Source of the DNA: a virus
Taxonomy: Duplodnaviria; Heunggongvirae; Uroviricota; Caudoviricetes
DNA length: 64,000 bases
Virus record (IMG/VR): IMGVR_UViG_3300026980_000004
Direction: 5' to 3' (one strand)
Below are positions 60,054-64,000 of this stretch, one piece after another. The translations under genes and the position numbers were made by a program. Under the pieces are notes generated by a model, which saw nothing but the letters and a program-made list of their open reading frames with translations, ran no database searches and was not told where the DNA came from. Numbering within the stretch: the first letter of the stretch is position 1; each line of letters starts with the position of its first letter.

Positions 60054-60373
60054 TGAAAATTGATTACGAACTATTAAACAAATATTGGCACGTTGGGTCG
60101 ATAATATTCAGTCTAGTATTATCATTAGTTTATTTTATTATTGAAAATAAAAATGCTAATAAAACAATTCAACAATTATCTGAATCCAATAAAATATTAT
60201 CTGAGAAGGTATCAAAATTAGAGGGTCATAAAGAGGGTGTTGATAATGTAGTCAGGATGTTTATGGAGAATCCTCCAGGTCAATTAGATTATAGATTAAA
60301 ACAATTGGAAAATAAAGTTTTTGGAAATAATAATAATATTATAATAGAACCACCTAAACCACCAACATTCTAA
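60053..60373 (+). CDS. Single-TM coiled-coil protein
   Basis: N-terminal TM then heptads. Confidence 0.55.
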   Translation: MKIDYELLNKYWHVGSIIFSLVLSLVYFIIENKNANKTIQQLSESNKILSEKVSKLEGHKEGVDNVVRMFMENPPGQLDYRLKQLENKVFGNNNNIIIEPPKPPTF

Positions 60374-60388
60374 GTATTTATATTTAAT

Positions 60389-61141
60389 ATGAGTTACGAA
60401 TTAGTACATCCAGTCGCACAAAGAACATCAGTTTTTGATGAATATATAAATGAAGAAACTAAAGATATCGATTTATCATATATTAAGTTCAATGAAACAT
60501 TAAATAAAGATGTTTTTGATGGTGAAAAAATAAAAGATTCAGTAAGAAAATTATTAATACAAATTGTTGATTATTTTATGACATCAATTGATTCTGATGT
60601 TATTATATCTGATGTTACATTGACTGGTAGTATTGTTAATTATAATTATAATAAATATAGTGATATTGATATCCATATAATAATTGATAAAAATGATTAT
60701 AAAACCGATGAAGAGTATGATAATGTATATGAATTATTATCTGCAAAGGCTAAAATATGGAATTTTGAGCATGAGAATATAAAATTATTTGATCATAATA
60801 TAGAAATATATATACAGGAAATTGATGAAAGACATAGATCCACTGGTGTATATGATATTATACAAAATAAATGGATTAAAAAACCAATTAAAGAATATAA
60901 AGAAATTGATAAAGAATTTTTAAAAAAGAAATTAAATTCAATTATTTATAAAATAAATAAAGTTCTTGAAACCGATGATTTAGATACTGTTGTTAATTTT
61001 ATTGACAATCTGAAATTATACAGAACAAGAGGTTTGGAAACTGAGGGTGAATATTCATATGAGAATCTAATATATAAATATATCAAACATAATAAATATA
61101 TCGAAAATTTAATTAATCTTAAAAGAAAATTATCGATATAA
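60389..61141 (+). CDS. Pol-beta-superfamily nucleotidyltransferase
   Basis: DVTLTGSIVNYNYNKYSDIDIHII (GS...DxD) and IEIYIQ. Confidence 0.75.
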   Translation: MSYELVHPVAQRTSVFDEYINEETKDIDLSYIKFNETLNKDVFDGEKIKDSVRKLLIQIVDYFMTSIDSDVIISDVTLTGSIVNYNYNKYSDIDIHIIIDKNDYKTDEEYDNVYELLSAKAKIWNFEHENIKLFDHNIEIYIQEIDERHRSTGVYDIIQNKWIKKPIKEYKEIDKEFLKKKLNSIIYKINKVLETDDLDTVVNFIDNLKLYRTRGLETEGEYSYENLIYKYIKHNKYIENLINLKRKLSI

Positions 61142-61167
61142 ACTATTTATAAATAAAGAATAAAACA

Positions 61168-61425
61168 ATGGGTAAATTAACAGAATTAAAAAACGAAATA
61201 AGAAGTTTGGTTAAAGAAGAAATTCTTAAAGAAGCTGATGATTCTTTAAAAAAGAATAAAACAATTATAAAACTTCAAAGAATTACTGGTGATCGTAAAA
61301 AAGCTGAAGATTTATTAAAAAATAATATGGATATTTTTGATATGCATAAAGATGATCGTAATTTTGATACGGTAATCGCATCTAAAATACAAGCAAAACA
61401 AAATATAGAAAAGAGCGGTAAATAA
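61168..61425 (+). CDS. Small putative head-internal protein
   Basis: EIRSLVKEEILKEA N-terminal motif; upstream CTATTTATA. Confidence 0.55.
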   Translation: MGKLTELKNEIRSLVKEEILKEADDSLKKNKTIIKLQRITGDRKKAEDLLKNNMDIFDMHKDDRNFDTVIASKIQAKQNIEKSGK

Positions 61426-61438
61426 AATACCGCTTTTT
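61414..61438 (+). terminator. Intrinsic terminator
   Basis: AGCGGTA-AATAAAA-TACCGCT plus TTTT. Confidence 0.6.
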
Positions 61439-61446
61439 ATTTTAAT

Positions 61447-61962
61447 ATGAAAAAATTATATATATTTATTATTTTACTATTTTTATTTAAATCATGTGAT
61501 TTTAAAAATAATAATCTAGATAATAAAATCACTAAAAACAATAAAGTTTATAATTTATCGACAATTAATAATATAGATAAATATGTTTATCATAGTTTAG
61601 ATTATTTAGAGATTGATTCAGTATCTGTTTATCTATATAATATACCGAATATTTTTAAGGTAACTGAAGATAACAATGATTATTATATTGTTAGAGGATT
61701 TATCATTGAAAATAATGAAAATTCATATAATATATATTTAAATAACGATATTTCAAATAATGATATTATTTTAACAATTGCACATGAAATGATCCATTTA
61801 AAACAATATAAAGATAATAGGTTAGAAATTTCAAATTTTAATAACGGTATTTTTTTTGATAGTATATTTTATTTTACAGATTTTTTGAAATATGATAAAA
61901 GACCCTGGGAAATTGAGGCATTTAATGAACAAGATGAATTAATGGAAATATTAAATCCCTAA
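61447..61962 (+). CDS. Putative lipoprotein HExxH metallopeptidase
   Basis: Hydrophobic leader ending FKSC; IAHEMIHLKQY...RPWEIEAF. Confidence 0.6.
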   Translation: MKKLYIFIILLFLFKSCDFKNNNLDNKITKNNKVYNLSTINNIDKYVYHSLDYLEIDSVSVYLYNIPNIFKVTEDNNDYYIVRGFIIENNENSYNIYLNNDISNNDIILTIAHEMIHLKQYKDNRLEISNFNNGIFFDSIFYFTDFLKYDKRPWEIEAFNEQDELMEILNP

Positions 61963-62691
61963 TTCTACTTTAGTATATTTAACTGTTTTAGTTATTTCAT
62001 ATTCTTCTGGGTTTTGCAAATATCCCATTACTTTAATTTCATATGATGTTTTATAGAGTCTATTACCATCAACATCATCAATATCATCTGTAATATCAAT
62101 ACCTTCTCTAACGACAGGAAAATAATGTCCATATACATTTATATATTCTTGTCTAGAGGCAAATCTTGTCATCATTAATTCATCAAAAATATTTACATCT
62201 TCTTGATATTTACTAAATAGCGTAACATCATATGTTAAATCAATTGGAACTGGCTGAGGAATTTTATATCTGGTAAAAATATAATATCCATCTTCCAAAG
62301 TGGGAATATCAACATAATTAAAAGTCTTTCTGTTTGCAACCGTAAACATTCCACCGTATATAGTACCAGGTTCTTTATTTACTCTTTTAATGGTAATAAA
62401 TGGTGTTAATAATAATTTATCATCATCCTGATATTGCCAAGTTCTTTCAAACTCACCCCATCTTTCATTTGTCATATAAATAACAGGAACTTTTTTACCA
62501 TCCATAACTATTGACAAATTACCCTCATCAAATTTTTCGAAAAATGATGTATCAATATCTTCTATTTTAATTGCTCTTGGAAAATAAGTTGTATTTTCAT
62601 CTGAATTTAAAACCAATTCCTTTAACCTATCAATACCGATTTTTTTTATATTTGTATCTACAACTGGTTGCTTTTTTTTTGGGATAGCCAT
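61951..62691 (-). CDS. Tail terminator/sheath stabiliser (T4 gp15-like)
   Basis: IEDID, VPVIY...ERW, IPQPVPIDLTYDV motifs. Confidence 0.55.
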   Translation of the reverse strand: MAIPKKKQPVVDTNIKKIGIDRLKELVLNSDENTTYFPRAIKIEDIDTSFFEKFDEGNLSIVMDGKKVPVIYMTNERWGEFERTWQYQDDDKLLLTPFITIKRVNKEPGTIYGGMFTVANRKTFNYVDIPTLEDGYYIFTRYKIPQPVPIDLTYDVTLFSKYQEDVNIFDELMMTRFASRQEYINVYGHYFPVVREGIDITDDIDDVDGNRLYKTSYEIKVMGYLQNPEEYEITKTVKYTKVELGI

Positions 62692-62706
62692 TGAATATTT
62701 GTTTAA

Positions 62707-62723
62707 TATAAATAGTATTTATG
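62707..62723. promoter_or_regulatory. Back-to-back [GC]TATTTAT motifs serving divergent genes (example of the putative late promoter)
   Basis: TATAAATAG (minus-strand CTATTTATA) overlaps GTATTTATG on plus; 18 such placements listed in findings. Confidence 0.6.
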
Positions 62724-62737
62724 TTTAAAACAGAATT

Positions 62738-63943
62738 GTGAATATAATTAACATAATAAAAGAAGAATATAAGAATATATTAAAAGAAGAAACTGATTAC
62801 AGAGGGGAACATGAGGCACCATCAAGAGATTATGGTAGTCCATTACATGATGTTACTGAAATGTTTGGTAATGACTTTTATGATTTATCTGTAAATGAAA
62901 TCGCAAGACAATTTGGAGGTGGTACTAATTATGATTATAAAACAGCTTCAATAATAAAATCATATCATAATAAACCGAATGCAAAAATTAAAATATTTAG
63001 AGCTGTACCCGATTTAAATAAAGAAAATAAGGATAAACAAAAAGACTTACTTTTTATTGTAAGATTCTACGACAAATTTAATTTTTATCCAACAACTGGA
63101 AAATATAAAAAATATGCAGAAATCGTTCACGAATATGAGAATATAATAAAAAATGAAAATAATGATATTGATTATGATTCTCTTCAAAATGAAATTTATA
63201 AAAGAATATATGTGGATATTCAAAAACTTGAATCAACTAAAACAAAATTAACTATAAATCATGGTGATTGGGTTTCTATCATAAGAGAATATGCTGTGGA
63301 TCACGGAAAAAATAATTTAAATAATAATTATGTGATTTTAACAAAAACTGTGAAAGCAAAAGACATATATACTGAAGGATATATGGAAGAATGGGGATAT
63401 GACCCAAGTGGAAATATAAACGAGGATTATAGACAAACACCAGAAGAAACAGAAGAAGATATACAATCATTTTATGATATGATTGATTTAAATCCAGATT
63501 CCTTAAGAGCAAAAGAATATATTAATACATTAAAAGTAAAATATAATCATGAATATGTACCATATAATATTAGGTTTGGTAAAGATATGGAAATTGTAAA
63601 TAAATTAATAAATAAGAAACATAAGGTCACAACAAATAAAGGATTTGATTTTTATTTTACAACAAAACATAAAAACAATCTACCAAGAACAGTTGCTATT
63701 GATATATTTAATATGAATGGGGATCAAATCGGTGGCGTTGGTTTTAATATTGATACAAATAAAAAAGAAATTAAAATTGGTGGTGCACTTGTCTATGAAA
63801 AATATCGAAGAAAGGGTATATATTCCTCAATTGTTGATTATATTGAAGATATTGGTGATAAATTTGGATTAGAAATTGTTGAAGCAGGGAGAAGTACGGA
63901 TGCGAAAGAATTTTGGAGAGATAGATTAAATAAATCCTTATAA
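62738..63943 (+). CDS. Polyvalent protein: ART-like domain plus C-terminal GNAT acetyltransferase
   Basis: IFRAVP...INHGDWVS..REYA..HG...EEWGYDP; VYEKYRRKGIYS...STDAKEFW. Confidence 0.6.
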   Translation: MNIINIIKEEYKNILKEETDYRGEHEAPSRDYGSPLHDVTEMFGNDFYDLSVNEIARQFGGGTNYDYKTASIIKSYHNKPNAKIKIFRAVPDLNKENKDKQKDLLFIVRFYDKFNFYPTTGKYKKYAEIVHEYENIIKNENNDIDYDSLQNEIYKRIYVDIQKLESTKTKLTINHGDWVSIIREYAVDHGKNNLNNNYVILTKTVKAKDIYTEGYMEEWGYDPSGNINEDYRQTPEETEEDIQSFYDMIDLNPDSLRAKEYINTLKVKYNHEYVPYNIRFGKDMEIVNKLINKKHKVTTNKGFDFYFTTKHKNNLPRTVAIDIFNMNGDQIGGVGFNIDTNKKEIKIGGALVYEKYRRKGIYSSIVDYIEDIGDKFGLEIVEAGRSTDAKEFWRDRLNKSL

Positions 63944-63963
63944 AGGTATTTAAAGTACCTTTT
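63942..63963 (+). terminator. Intrinsic terminator
   Basis: AAAGGTA-TTTAAAG-TACCTTT plus T. Confidence 0.5.
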
Positions 63964-64000
63964 GAATGTGAAAAATAAACTAATAAAAAAAAATGAATAT

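Noticed and set aside
62707-62714. T4-type late promoter TATAAATA in its canonical orientation
   Set aside because: Relative to gene direction the recurring motif is the reverse complement (TATTTATA), so it was not called a T4 gp55 promoter
1-64000. Stop-codon reassignment, as in some large phages
   Set aside because: Very long ORFs are open in the standard code, and TAA, TAG and TGA all end genes at sensible places
1-64000. tRNA, rRNA, CRISPR arrays, an integrase, or a second DGR target
   Set aside because: None recognised by eye; small or diverged elements could be missed without tRNAscan, Infernal or BLAST

Overview
Very AT-rich, gene-dense segment of a large tailed-phage (jumbo myovirus-like) genome in the standard genetic code, almost entirely + strand. 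The host is probably Bacteroidota (TAnnTTTG promoter motifs, A-rich leaders without Shine-Dalgarno, SprB-like repeat). Layout: 1-30.6 kb baseplate, tail fibres and adhesins; 30.6-44.8 kb RuvC-like resolvase, phosphoesterase, putative head proteins, exonuclease, primase and an unusually split SbcD/SbcC; 44.9-46.2 kb an integrase-less array of five attC-like hairpins separating tiny genes; 46.4-52.1 kb GH19 endolysin and a diversity-generating retroelement (target/VR, TR, RT with a C-terminal fusion, no avd seen); 52.2-55.5 kb UvrD-like helicase with two inteins; 56-64 kb T4-like neck and tail-terminator genes mixed with putative capsid-packaged effectors (ART-like, GNAT). The best candidate for an undescribed system is the cassette array at 44878-46231. 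Each unit is bounded by GTT.../...AAC inverted repeats, every stem folds better on the coding strand (11 G-T wobbles, no C-A), two genes start inside the hairpin loops, and an attI-like site may lie at the right end, i.e. an integron-like architecture mirrored relative to canonical attC arrays. All protein calls come from motif recognition by eye; no database searches were run.
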